Positions 50,661-64,000 of a stretch of 64,000 nt of DNA are shown here, in pieces. Where the stretch lies: assembly GCA_951406725.2 (NCBI GenBank), contig OX597831.1, positions 36,828,001-36,892,000 of the forward strand, read 5' to 3'. How positions within the stretch are numbered: the stretch's first letter is position 1; every line of letters starts with the position of its first letter. Made by a program: the position numbers and the translations under genes. The notes beneath the pieces are model-generated. The model saw nothing but the letters and a program-made list of their open reading frames with translations, was not told the origin of the DNA and did no database searches. The DNA comes from Octopus vulgaris. Its lineage: Eukaryota.

Positions 50661-50915
50661 CATATGTCTGTGTATGCTTGTATTTGCATGAGTCCATGTG
50701 TGTGTGTGTGTATGTATGCATGTGCATGTGAGTATGTGAGCATGTGTGTATGTGCAGGAACATATGTCTGTGTATGCCTGTATTTGCATGAGTCCATGTG
50801 TGTGTGTGTGTGACTGTATGTGTGTTCATGTATGCATGTGCATGTGAGTATGTGAGCATATGTGTGTGTGTGTGTGCAGGAACATATGTCTGTGTATGCA
50901 TGCGTTTGCATGAGT
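50661..50915. repeat. Higher-order duplication of a TG-rich ~100-120 bp unit
   Basis: CATATGTCTGTGTATGC...TTTGCATGAGTC recurs at 50661, 50761 and 50883. Confidence 0.75.
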
Positions 50916-50931
50916 CTGTGAGTGTGTGTGC

Positions 50932-50964
<33 letters not shown>

Positions 50965-52258
50965 TTCAAGAGATAAAGATTCGAGTTATTTTATTATTAA
51001 CAAAAAATAAAAAAAAATAAAGAAAAAATATCAAAACATAATAACAGATAATACATGAATTAACTGCTAAGTGAGTCTGTTTAATCTTTTTTTAATTTTT
51101 GTTTCAAATTGGTGCTTATGATGTCTAATATGATTTACAGATGATAAATTTTCAATTGATTAGTTTTTCATATATTACTGGTATTCATTTCATAGTATTT
51201 TTTATACTTTCCATACATACATAAACACATACATAAATGCATACATACATGCGGTATTTCATTTTCGTTTTTCTTTTTAATTCAGAGTTATTACTAACCT
51301 CGCTTGTTAGCGAAGTTATAAAAGAAAGCATCTTCTTTTGTTCTTCATATTTTGGCTCTTCAGCAGGTCTGATGCTTTATTGTCCCAGGTATCACAATGT
51401 TTTCTATCATAAGAAAAAAGGAGTTGCATTCTCTCCCACCAAGAACCCAAGCTCTGCCATATTTTGCTCCAGGCAGGCGAATGTATATCTTGCTGCCCCA
51501 ATAAAAATAAGTGTATCTTTAGAACTGGATTTGCAAACTCCCTATCAGTGGTCCATAGATGCCCTCTTTCTCCTGTATTTCTCTGACCACATTGGTGTCC
51601 AAAGGGCCACTGAATCTCACAAAAGGTCATATCTTTTTCTTATGGTCCCACATAAGGAATTGACTTATTGTGTTTTAACTTGGGGGCTGTTTTAATTTTT
51701 GAGTTAAACAAATATATACTTAATCCATTGATCTCAATATAGCCGACCTTATCTGTTGGTATCTTCTTTTCTTCTTATCCTATACTTGTTTTGCCAGTGC
51801 ATCATACCTCATAAGAAGATAATGTGTGTGTGTGTGCCCTTCTGTTTTTGATTACTTGTAATCTTCCTTTGAGAAAGAAGCTAGTTTCTAAAAAAAGATA
51901 CAAAGCATCATCGTTGGAATATGGATATCAAAAACAAATTCACATTTGAAACTTTTTGTATTTGTAATAACTGAATAAGATGGCTGATTTCTTTTCGTCA
52001 AAAAAATTGACCCCAGGACTTATTCTTTGTAAGCCTAGAACTTACTATACTGGTCTATTTTGCAGAAACACTACATTAAGGGGATACAAACACACCAGCA
52101 TCAGATGTCAAGTGATGGCAGAGGGACAAGTGAAGACACTGTTACTTTTATCATCCTTTTGGGGTCGATAAAATAAGTAACAGTGAAACTCTGGGGTTGA
52201 TGTAATCAACTAGTCCCCTATCCACCAAATTTCAGGACTTGTGCCTTTAATAGAAAGG

Positions 52259-52300
<42 letters not shown>

Positions 52301-52560
52301 GCCTTTGCACAGCTTCTAGCGCTGGAGATGTACTACAGTGCCAGCTGTTCACTACCTGTGAACTAAGGTAACACCTCTTATTTTTTGAGCACCATCCAGA
52401 GTATTTGAGTGGTACCAAGCAGTGCTGTTTCCTGCAAGTGCTCCACCTTTATTGCAGCCCTTATTTGTTCCATGTACTTCTCGAGATTTTTTCTCACTGT
52501 TCCCAGGGCTCCAACAATTATTGTTACCACTACCACCTTTTTTCGTCGACCACAACTGCT
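52301..52560 (-). mobile_element. 5'-truncated R4/Dong-type non-LTR retrotransposon in (TAA)n
   Basis: Minus-strand translation KKVVVVTIIVGALGTVRKNLEKYMEQI...LQETALLGTTQILWMVLKK* matches the GALG...TALLGT C-terminus of R4-clade elements. (ATT)n flanks both sides. Confidence 0.8.
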
Positions 52561-52599
52561 TTATTATTATTATTATTATTATTATTATCATTATTATTA

Positions 52600-52775
52600 C
52601 TGCCGTTATGTTCTGAGTTCAAATTTCGCCATGGTCGACTTTTCTTTTCATCATTTCTTGGATCAATTAAATACGTACCAGTTAATCACATGGGTCAATG
52701 TAATTGACTTAATCCCCTTGTCTGTCCTTGTTTGTCTCCTCTATGTTTAGCCCCTATATGGACAATAAAGAAATA
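52600..52775 (+). mobile_element. SINE family B, 3' part
   Basis: GTTCTGAGTTCAAATTTCGCC...GTTTAGCCCC...AATAAAGAAATA. Confidence 0.8.
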
Positions 52776-52801
52776 ATTTATTATTATCATTGTTATTATT
52801 A

Positions 52802-52851
<50 letters not shown>

Positions 52852-53292
52852 ATTATTATTATTATCATTATTATTGTTATTATGGCAGTGAGCTAGCAGA
52901 ATCACTTAGTGACATTTTTTCTGACTCTTTAAATTCTCAGATCAAACACCACTGATGCTGGTACTTCTTGTCATTTGCTTTCTTTCCTTTCAAGGTCCAT
53001 GAATTAATGTGCCCCAGTTGAGTTATGATTTGATTGTAATTGCTTACACCCCACCCCACTTCGAAGTTACTGGCCTTATGCCAATATCAGAATGAATTAT
53101 TATTATCATCATCATCTGCCCTCAATGCTGGCAGTACTAGCCATCAATGTCTAGTGACAGAACCTCAGAGGGTTAAATCTAAAATCTAAAAATTTTCTTT
53201 TCCTGTTGTATTGTTAGAATACGGAAAAAAAGCAAAAAACATAATGAATGATATGTGACAGCCAACGTATTGATCAACCTACACAAATGAGA

Positions 53293-53568
<276 letters not shown>

Positions 53569-54335
53569 GGTGAAAGAGAGAGAGGCATACACACACACTG
53601 TCTGGTGTAGGGTTTCTTGTATGTTATTATTTTTGGGAATATTTATAGATATGTTTTTGTTTATGTATTAGAACTTTTATTTATTATTTTTTGGTTTTGT
53701 AACCATTCTATGGAAATTAACAGAAATTAGTTTGCTCAATGAGATTTTAATTGCTTGTCACAAGAAATTCACTTCTCTCACTGTTCCTGAGCAAGAATGT
53801 GCATATGTGTTTATATGTGTGTGTGTACATACACATGCATACACACACACTAATATACACATATACACATACATATACATAGATATATACATATGTGTGT
53901 CTCTGTCTATGTGTATAGCAGTATTCTGTTTGCGAAAATGACTGTCAGTGCATACTTAATTAACTATTGCCTTTGTGTATCTCTCTTTCTCTATCTTTCT
54001 CCGTGGGTTGATCTGTGGTTCTCTGTCTGTGTATCTCAATGCATATATTTATGTATGTATGTATGTATGTATGTATGTATGTATGTATGTATGTATGTAT
54101 GTATGTATGTATGTATGTATGTATGTATGTATGTACGTATGAATATATATATGTTTCTGTTTGCATATTTAAGTGTTTGCTTCTGATAATGTGTGTTCAC
54201 AAGTGTGTGCGTATAAATCACACACACACAATAAAATATATATATACATATGTATGTGTGTATATATATATATATGTATATATGCATGTATATATGTATA
54301 TATATATATAAATTTGTATACAAATATATATATAT

Positions 54336-54748
54336 AGGCGCAGGAGTGGCTGTGTGGTAAGTAGCTTGCTAACCAACCACATGGTTCCAGGTTCAGTCCC
54401 ACTGCGTGGCATCTTGGGCAAGTGTCTTCTGCTATAGCCCCGGGCTGACCAATGCCTTGTGAGTGGATTTGGTAGACGGAAACTAAAAGAAGCCTGTCGT
54501 ATATATGTATATATATATATGTATGTGTGTGTTTGTGTGTCTGTGTTTGTCCCTCTAGCATTGCTTGACAACCGATGCTGGTGTGTTTACATCCCCGTCA
54601 CTTAGCGGTTCGGCAAAAGGTACCGATAGAATAAGTACTGGGCTTACAAAGAATAAGTCCCGGGGTCGATTTGCTCGACTAAAAGGTGGTGCTCCAGCAT
54701 GGCCACAGTCAAATGACTGAAACAAATAAAAGAGTAAAAGAGTAAAGA

Positions 54749-54750
<2 letters not shown>
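54336..54750 (+). mobile_element. SINE family A, full length
   Basis: Close match to 806-1195. Confidence 0.9.
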
Positions 54751-54799
<49 letters not shown>

Positions 54800-54802
54800 A
54801 AT

Positions 54803-55701
54803 ATACGGGGTGCAGTGAATAAATTGTTGCCTAAATTGCACAAAAAGGAAAATAGCACTGACATCTCACTTTAGCAGATAATTTTACCAAAATTACATAA
54901 AAATGTCTTGAAATACTAAAGAGTATATTTTTGTTCAATAAAATCACCATTGGCTTTAACCATATCTTCCAGATGACTTTGGATTCTCCTGTAACTCTTC
55001 TAGATGGTCACATTGTTTAAGTAGGTGAATGCTGCTATAATCCTTGCCGTCAGTTCCTCTTTGGTATTACAAGGAGTTTTGCCGGTCTCTTGCTCAACTG
55101 TAACCCATTCATAATAATCAAGGGGGTTGCAGTCTGGGGAATTAGGTGGCAAGATGCTAGGGGATGATGTGTTTGCAGAAATTATCTGTCATTCATGCCT
55201 GGGTTCTTCTGCTTGTGTGGCATGGTGCAGAGTCCTGTTGCAAGACATAAAGTCTTCCAGCTGCCACCCTCTTGACCCAGGGCAGTGCTACCTCCTCCAG
55301 GCAGTTGATGTAGGCCTACCTGTTGAATCTGAGGCCATGTGGGAAAATGAATGGAAGCATAACGTTGCCATCTCTAGTAATCTCTCCATACACCATGATG
55401 TTGACTGGGTGCTTAATTTTTTATCTCTCCCAGTACATGGCCACTGATTGCACTGTCCTCAGATTGACACCTAAACACTCTGAAAATGTTCGTATTGGAA
55501 CTTTCAGTGCAAATACCAAGCAGTACAGCATGTTGTTTCAAAATTTCTGGCAGAATGAATTACATCATGGTACTGTTTTTGTCACAGACAGTGCCCAGCT
55601 AAACCTACTATATTAAGTAGTTGACAAAACCAAAAACAAACAATGCATATGTGTGAAATAAAAAATATATAAAGTGGCGACAATTTACCCATCACACCCT
55701 C

Positions 55702-55703
<2 letters not shown>
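54803..55703 (-). mobile_element. Internally deleted DD37D (maT-type) Tc1/mariner transposon
   Basis: TIRs TACGGGGTGCAGTGAATAAATTGTTGCC and GGCGACAATTTACCCATCACACCCTC. Minus-strand YINCLEEVALPWVKRVAAGRLYVLQQDSAPCH...PPNSPDCNPLDY has 37 residues between the Asps after correcting one stop and one frameshift. Confidence 0.85.
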
Positions 55704-55735
<32 letters not shown>

Positions 55736-56026
55736 CACACACACACACGCATACATACATGCATGAATGTTTATTATATATGTATGCATTTATGTATGTA
55801 TGTATGTACGTGTGTATGTAAATAAGTATGGATGTATATATGTATGTCCATCAGTCTGTTAGCGTGTGCATTCACAACTGTATGTATATAAATTCTATCT
55901 ATCTATCTGTCTGTCTGTCTGTATGTATGTCTCTCTATCTATCTACCTACCTACCTACCTACCTACCTACCTAACTACCTACATATCTACCTACCTATCT
56001 ATCTATCTATCTATCTATCTGTCTAT

Positions 56027-56256
56027 CGAGCTGGTAGAAACATTAGCATGCCGGGCAAAATGCTTAGCTGTATTTCATCTGCCGTTACGTTCTGAGTTCA
56101 AATTCTGCCAAGGTCGACTTTGCCTTTCATCCTTTCAGGGTTGATAAATTAAGTACCAGTTAGGCACTGGGGTCGATGTAATCGACTTAATCACTTTGTT
56201 TGTCCTTGTTTGTCCACTCTATGTTTAGCCCCTTGTGGGCAATAAAGAAATAAGAA
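56027..56256 (+). mobile_element. SINE family B in a (TATC)n tract
   Basis: Match to 16933-17156. Confidence 0.85.
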
Positions 56257-56946
56257 TCTATCTATCTATCTACCTACCTACCTATCTATCTATCTATCTA
56301 TCTATATTTCTATCTCTCTATCTATCTATCTATCTATCTCTGTGCATGTGTAAATATGAATGTATATTATATATGTATGCATGCATGTATGTGTGTATGC
56401 ATGTATATATGTATGCCCAACAGTCTGTGATTGTGTGTCTTCTTTGACCATTGTTTTATTTTTGTTTGATAGAAGTGTTCTGTTTCGGTCTTTTTTCTTT
56501 CTTCCTATTGTTTTTTTTTTCCGTTAAGTTCTGTCTACATTGGAATTTTTTCCTTCTCTTCACCATTCCATTGCTTATCTACTTAAAGTTGTACCTGTAT
56601 CAATAAACTTCTATAACTTCCAATTAATTATTTCAAAATAAACAAACACAGTGAAATCCTACCACTATACACTAAGACTTTTACATTTTTCAATAGCTAC
56701 TTCAAGATGGCTATATTAGATTTTTAATAACATTCTTTATAAAGGACACAAAAAAAAATATGACAAAAAAAAATACAAAGAAAGAAAAAAGAATTAAATC
56801 AATGAATTTATAAATAAATAGATAAATCTGATTTTTTAAAGAAAAATACTATCTGCAAAAAAAAAAAAAAAAAATCTAAGAATTGATGCATTTCTAAGAC
56901 TGTTTTCATTTTAATTTAAATTTTAAAATGTTTTATTTATTTATTC

Positions 56947-56947
<1 letters not shown>

Positions 56948-57001
<54 letters not shown>

Positions 57002-57063
57002 CATTATTAATATTATCATTATCATCATTATTATTATTATTATTACTATTATTATTAATATTA

Positions 57064-57104
<41 letters not shown>

Positions 57105-57203
57105 GTTAATATCATTATTGTTATGATTGTTATTGTTGTTATTATTATTATTATTGTTGTTATTATTATTATTATTATTATTGATGTTGTTTTTGTTGTT
57201 GCT
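56948..57203. repeat. (ATT)n/(GTT)n microsatellite
   Basis: Direct reading. Confidence 0.95.
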
Positions 57204-57394
57204 TCTCTTTTTGGTCATTCTAATTCTGAATGGCATCAATTGGTTTCATTTAGAATGGAGTTCATATAAAAATCTCGAAAGTTTTGCCCTTTTATTAGCT
57301 TAAATGCAAAAGAAAAATATATAAAACAACAGAAATTTCTAAATAAAACTGATCACCCCCACATCAAGATAACAACAACAACAATAACATCAAC

Positions 57395-57445
<51 letters not shown>

Positions 57446-58299
57446 AATGATAATAATACCAAGTAGCAGGATTGATTTCCAAAATAAGCTAAAAAACTTG
57501 TTCTTTCCAATAACTAGAAGTAATAAAAATCGTCTTTATTCCTTCTAATGTCTATAAACTTTTGTTATGTTGCTTATTTAAATGCAATTCTTTATATCCT
57601 TAGAGTAGCTTCCTTAATTACTTTATCCTTTTATTTTTGTTTTAATTATTTCTTTTTCACCTAAGCCAAATTATCATTAACTGGCTGAAACTTTTAAAGT
57701 CACTGTCAACAACATTCTTGTGTCAGAATAATAGATTTGTACTCAACAAAAGTACAGCATAACCCATCAGATTAATGTAAAATTATTTTTATTAGAGCCG
57801 AATATAAAACAAACATTAATATTTATTTTTTCCCCTGATCTTGGTCTAATTAATTCACATTCTTTTGCGAACATTCAAATTTCTTTTTGTTTCAATCCGT
57901 TTTATTTCTTAATTATTGGTCAAACTCATTCTGTTAACGAATAGTGCATTTAAAGGTGACAAAAGGTTAGGTTTTATGAAGAATATTTTGGTAGCTATTT
58001 ATTTGTATGGTTCCATCATGCCGCTACATAACGGGTTCTCTGTCAGCTTTGACACTGAACATTCACTTGTTTGATTAAACGAATGTCAGACACATTAAAT
58101 TAAAATGTAAGTGGTTGAGTATTCCACTGATATGCATACCCTAATGTAATCCTAAAGCCAAAACAGTATAACACAATATGTAACAAGACTGATCCTTTGA
58201 ATTACAATCCAGAATTGAATCCAATATGTCTGACTGAATTTCTTACAACTTCTGTCAATACATTTCACTCACAAATTTTTAGTTTATTTTGGAAATCAC

Positions 58300-58408
58300 T
58301 TCTGCTTATGTTCTGAGTTCAAATTCTGTCATGGGTGACTTTACCTTTTATCCTTTAGGGGTCAATAAAGTAAGTACCAGTTGAACACTGAGGTTGATGT
58401 AATCAACA

Positions 58409-58483
<75 letters not shown>

Positions 58484-58826
58484 GGCAGCAAGCTGGCAGA
58501 AACGTTAGCACACGGAGCGAAATGCTTAGCTGTATTTCATCTGTCTTTACGTTCTGAGTTCAAATTCTGCCACGGTCGACTTTGCCTTTCACCCTTTTGG
58601 GGTCGATAAATTAAGTACCAGTTGCGTACTGAGGTCGATCTACTCAATTGCGGCCCCCGAGTAGAAAAGATCATTATTATTATTATTATTATTATTATTA
58701 GTAGTAGTAGTAGTAGTATAATTATTATTATTATTATTATTATTATTAGTAGTAGTAGTATAATTATTATTATTATTATTATTATCATCATCATCATTAT
58801 TATTATTATTATTCTCATTATTATTA

Positions 58827-58885
<59 letters not shown>

Positions 58886-59106
58886 GAAGGTGGCAAGCTG
58901 ACAGAATTGTCAGCATGTTGGGCGAAATACTTAGCAGTATCTCCTCCATTGCTGCATTCTGAGTTCAAGGTTTGCTGAGGTCGACTTCGCCTTTCATCTT
59001 TTTGTGGTTGATAAATTTAGTACCAGTCAGATACTGGGGGTCAGTGTAATCTCCTACCCCACTTCTCCCCCATATTGCTATCCTTGTGGAAAAAATTGAA
59101 ACCATT

Positions 59107-59137
<31 letters not shown>

Positions 59138-59160
59138 CTATTATTGTTATTATTATTATG

Positions 59161-59213
<53 letters not shown>

Positions 59214-59425
59214 AGGTGGCAAGCTGGCAGATTCATTATCATGCTGGGTGAAATGCTTAGCAGTATTTTGTCTGCTGCTACGTTCTGAGTTCAAATTCCG
59301 CTGAGGTCGACTTTGCTTTTCATTCTTTCAGGGTCGATAATTTGAGTACCAGTGATGTACTGAGTTTATGTGATCGACTATCTCTCTCCCTTCAAATTCC
59401 AGGCTTTGTGCTTATAGTAGAGAGG
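58300..59425 (+). mobile_element. Four same-orientation family B SINE copies separated by (ATT)n
   Basis: TTCTGAGTTCAA...GACTT...GTACCAG units at ~58310, 58483, 58888 and 59215. Confidence 0.8.
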
Positions 59426-59532
59426 ATTCTTCTTCTTCTTCTTCATTTTCTTCTTCTTCTTCTTCTTCTTCTTATTATTATTATTACTACTACTATCATC
59501 ATCATCATCATCATCATCATCATTATTATTAT

Positions 59533-60630
59533 TGAGTGGAGGAGCAGTGCATGCCATCAAAGTGACACTGAGGTAAAATATACGAAGCCCAGCATACTCA
59601 TCATGACTACCCATCTGATAAGGGTGAATCCGGCACATGCATCACAACCATATGTGCATGACATGGCGAATTCATGTCGAGATAAACACTGCATGGTTTT
59701 GCAGGTGGCGCCCACTTAGAATTTTCTTCAGCCTGAGCAGCCCATCTTGATCAAAAGTTCTCTGAATAACGATTATTTCAGGATATTGAATGAAATACCC
59801 ATGAATTATTGAAATCCTAAAGAATTCCTTTCAACACATGACTACGATGCTCCCCGACTACTGCTTGCAATCAGAAATGCACATATCATCAGCCACCATG
59901 GGTTATGCTCAACTGATTATGGTAAAAAAAAAACTGACAAGCAATTCTGTGGTATTGAGCAGACTATTTGCTGTAGACCTTCTTTTATACCAAGACAAAA
60001 CAATGTACATGATAAAAGTTCCAATCAGTTAAGATCAGAAACCATGAGAGCCAGTGACTGTTACTGCTTCAGGGCCTTATTATTATTATTATTATTATTG
60101 AGTGAGAGAGCAGTTCATGCCATCAAAGTGACACTGGGGTAAAATATATGAAGCCCAATATACCCATCATGACTACCCGTCTGATAAGGGTACACCAGGC
60201 ACATGCATCACAACCACATGTGCGCGACATGGTGATCTCATATCAAGATACACAGCACATGACCTTGCAGGTGGGGCCCAGTTAGAATTTTCTTCAGGTT
60301 GAGCAGCCCATCCCGCTTAAAGGTCCCTGAATAAGGGTTGTTTAAGGATGTTGAAAGAACCACCCATGTTTCCAGAGGTGAATTATTCAAACCCCAAAGA
60401 ATCCCTCTCAACACATGGCTATGATGCTCCCCCACTACTTCTGCTCGTGATCAGAGATGCACATATCGTCAGCCACTAAGGGACATGCTCAACTGGTTAA
60501 AGTCAAACAACTGACAAGCAAATCTGTGGTATTGAGCAGAATATTTGCTGTAGCCCATCTTTTATACCAAGACAAAACAATGTACATGATAACACTTCCA
60601 GTCAGTTAAGATCAGAAGCCCTGAGAGCTA
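59533..60630. repeat. Two direct copies of a ~530-bp interspersed repeat (59533-60078 and 60099-60630) embedded in (ATT)n
   Basis: Both run from GCAGT.CATGCCATCAAAGTGACACTG to CAGTTAAGATCAGAA.CC.TGAGAGC; they are visibly diverged and differ by indels. Confidence 0.9.
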
Positions 60631-60655
60631 TTATTATTATTATTATTATTATTAT

Positions 60656-61097
60656 AGGTGGAGGAGTGGCTGTGTGGTAAGTAGCTTGCTTACCAACCAC
60701 TTGGTTCCAGGTTCAGTCCCACTGCATTGCACCTTGAGCAAGTGTCTTCTACTATAGCCTCAGGTCAACCAAACCCATGTGAGTGGATTTGGTAGATGGA
60801 AACTGAAAGAAGCCTTTCGTAAATATGTATATACACACACATATATATATATATATATGTATGTATGTGTGTGCTTATGTTTGTGTGTCTGTGCTTGTCC
60901 CTCCAACATCGCTTGACAACCAATGCTGGTGTGTTTACGTCCCTGTAACTTAGTGGTTCAGCAAATAGAGACTGATAGCATAAGTACTAGGCCTATAAAG
61001 AATAAGTCCTGGGGTCGATTTGCTCGACTAAAGTCAGTGCTCCAGCATGGCCACACTCAAATGACTGAAACAAGTAAATGAGTAAAAGAGTAAAAGA
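60656..61097 (+). mobile_element. SINE family A, full length
   Basis: Same head and tail as 806-1195. Confidence 0.9.
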
Positions 61098-61483
61098 ATT
61101 ATCATTATCATCATCATCTTTTTGTGGAGCGTTCAATTTTATTTGGAAATTTCTGTTGTTTCAAAATGTTTTCCTTATTCATTTATCAGATAAAAGGGCA
61201 AAACTTTGAAGATTTTTATACGAACTCGAGGCTAAATGAAACCAATTGATATTATTCAGAATCAAAATGACCAAAAAAGACAGAAAGAAAGAAGGAAAGA
61301 CTACCAATAATAAATAAGACCTTTTAAAATCAATTTATCCAACAATCGTTTGTCTTTCGCTTGTTTAATTCATTAGATAGCTGTAATGTTGGGGCACTGC
61401 TTCGAAGAATTTTAGTTTGACAAATCAACTTATGATAAAATGTCAATGTTTTTTTTAACTGTGAATAATAACAAATTTCTTAA

Positions 61484-61705
61484 CCCTTTCATTACCAAAC
61501 CGGCTGAAACTGGCTCTGGCGCTGTAGTACAAATGTCTTGTTTTCATAAGTTTTGAATTAAAATCTTCCACCAAACTTTAGTCACAATTTAATGTTCCTA
61601 ACATTAGCTTAATGATAACTAAGTTATTTTACTAAATTCTTTGTTATATCTAAAATAATTGAGAGAAACACAGAGCACCTTAAAATAAATACAGTAACGG
61701 AAGTG
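61484..61705. mobile_element. piggyBac-type MITE
   Basis: TTAA-CCCTTTCATTAC ... GTAACGGAAGTG-TTAA: TTAA duplication (61480-61483, 61706-61709) and an imperfect TIR starting with CCC. Confidence 0.7.
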
Positions 61706-62924
61706 TTAAAGAGTGAGAGAGAAAAGAACTAAGATGTCTGGGTTTCCATGAGTCATCATGCTGCACCTTGTTGTTAACCCTTTGGAAATTTGCAAACTAG
61801 ATGAAATTCTGTAACACTGTTGAGGAAGAAGCATTAGTTATGAATTGAGGGAAAAGGTGCAATGGGATTATCTACCAGCTAACCTGGCAAGTTTTAAAGG
61901 TATTTTGTATCATTTTTTGTTGTTGTTTAGCACTAATTAATCCCACAATTAATCAGATATATAATCAAATGTTATGCATTTTTGGAAAAATCCTTTGAGA
62001 AATTCATGTGAGAAAATAGACAAATAGACAAAACATGTAGGGTGATTTCAATTGATAAATACAAAGAGAAAAATATTGCACTTCCTTACATAGATTGTTT
62101 AATGATACAATATTTTGGGAAAGGTTATCCTTTTCAAATAGAAAGAAAATTATAATCAAAGTGTTAAGAGCAATGTTGCTGTTGTTGCTCTTTGACCTCA
62201 GGTTAACCCTAACAGAATATGTATCAAATGTATTCTAGTCCCATACATCACATCTTTATAATATTTATTCTGTATCTAAGAAAACAGTAGCAACACATCC
62301 TTCCTTTGTTTATACAGTGGAATATAAGTTGAAAGATATTTGGATAGTGTATGTAGAGACACCTTTACTGGTCCTTCTTGTGAGCTTCTTCACTCTCAGA
62401 GTGAAGCTCTACTTGAAAATGTTTTACACTGTTTTCCCTTTGACAATCAAAATTAATTTCAAAACAAGTTCTTTTTTTTTTTTATATGGTGGGCCATTAA
62501 CATTAATGGCCTGAATTTTTGCATGGTCTGGTTAACAAAATTTTAATAAAAATGAGACATCACAGATTATCCTTTCTCTTACTTCTTGACAATTTAAGTA
62601 ACATTATCATTTTTCTTTCCTTTTAGCTTGTTCAATAAATTTAATCAGTGATAATATTCTTATCTTCATCTTGAGTGTTTTGCAAATGTTAAAAGAAAAA
62701 AGAATGGGGAAGAAAAATATATAATTGATTGTGATTGGAGAATCTTCTGTGGATTAAGAGTAAAATATTTTATGTTGAAAAGTGTTAGACAGTCAATAAT
62801 GATTCTATTTAAATATTCAGTCTAAGAATGAGAAGCTGGCGACGACCGATGTCACACATTGGTTGGACTGCATTGCCTTCGCATCAATATAATCTATTTC
62901 TGACACCCTATACTGCTACCAATA

Positions 62925-63270
62925 CACTCACACATGCATACACATACACCTATGTGCATGCACGTATGCACACGCAAAGACGTGTGTGCCTGCGTGCACA
63001 CATGCGCATACACATTCACACATACACACTCACAAACATACACACATACACGCTCACACACACACATACACACTCGCACACACACACGTGTGTGCCTGCG
63101 TGCACACATGCGCACACACACTCACACATACACACTCACACACACACACTCACACATATACACTCACACACACACATACACACACATACACGCTCACACA
63201 CACACACACATACACACTCACACATACACACACACGTGCGTGCCTGCGTGCACACATGTGCACACACACT
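62925..63270. repeat. Degenerate (CA)n tract with a repeated GTGCCTGCGTGCACACATG motif
   Basis: The motif occurs three times within CA runs. Confidence 0.85.
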
Positions 63271-63908
63271 GCAAACTTACACATTTTGTCATTCACTCAC
63301 ATGTATAACCTTATTCTCCCTGACGTTGACCCTTTAATAACGGCAACACTGCAAAAGCAAAAGGAAAAGAAATCCAAATTATGGTTCTTAGACTCAAAGG
63401 ATAGACCGAAACGATGTCTGCTATAACTCACTCTCTCTTGAAGCTTGAGTATATTTAATAGAATTCACTCTGCCGTGAATGTATGGATTAGGCTACAGTG
63501 CATTGGTCTGTGAATGTTCAAACTGAGAATTGGCCTTTGTGTACCTTGGAGATTTTGTGAGGGCTTTTAATACCATCCTTCTCCTTTGACTAATTCTAAA
63601 GTCCCCTAAAATATTAAAGTATACACAGAATAACTTAGCTAGTTTTGTTTCTTGTTGCAAACATTTCACTTTGAATATATATTGTAAATCACTTTAAGAA
63701 ATGAATCAAAGACATACACATTTTCTTTCTCTTTTAAAAATCTTTGAAAAGCCACTTTATAATGACCAAATCGATTAAATTCACTTTAAACTTAAATTTA
63801 TAGTATGAGAATGCAATTTGGTCACGAATACTGTTCCACCATAACTGCTTGGTAAGTATGTTATTGAACAGTTATTATGGGCCTAGAAGTTGCTTTATTT
63901 TACTTAAT

Positions 63909-64000
63909 AGGCGTAGGAGTGGCTGTGTGGTAAGTCACTTGCTTACGAACCACATGGTTCCTGGTTCAGTCCCACTGTGTGGAACTTTGGGCAAGTGTCT
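63909..64000 (+). mobile_element. SINE family A head, cut by the window end
   Basis: GGCGTAGGAGTGGCTGTGTGGTAAG...GGTTCAGTCCCACTG. Confidence 0.85.

Overview
AT-rich eukaryotic DNA with no confidently callable host gene. It is dominated by microsatellites ((TA)n, (CA)n, (GATA)n, (ATT)n, (GAT)n) and by several tRNA-derived SINE families; this landscape resembles an Octopus-type cephalopod genome, an inference from repeat recognition only. The main structure is an ~8 kb composite at 6895-14926. A 5'-truncated Penelope-like retroelement (PLE; RT plus Cys-rich linker plus GIY-YIG endonuclease) and an inverted copy of its last ~680 bp enclose ~5 kb of phased AAAATTTT satellite with a ~1.6 kb higher-order period, followed by a 32-bp minisatellite. 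The window holds several minimal hammerhead-ribozyme (HHR) motifs, including core variants with compensatory swaps of the 3-8 tertiary pair: U3-A8 in the PLE tails and G3-C8 in a foldback at 18.7 kb. A decayed ~350-bp tandem array at 48.4-49.3 kb carries one HHR core per unit and looks retrozyme-like. Also present: three Tc1/mariner relics (one DD37D), RTE and R4/Dong LINE fragments, hAT-, piggyBac- and pogo-type MITEs, long foldbacks and local duplications. Nearly all ORFs in the supplied track are translations of simple repeats. Coordinates were read by eye, and repeat boundaries are approximate.
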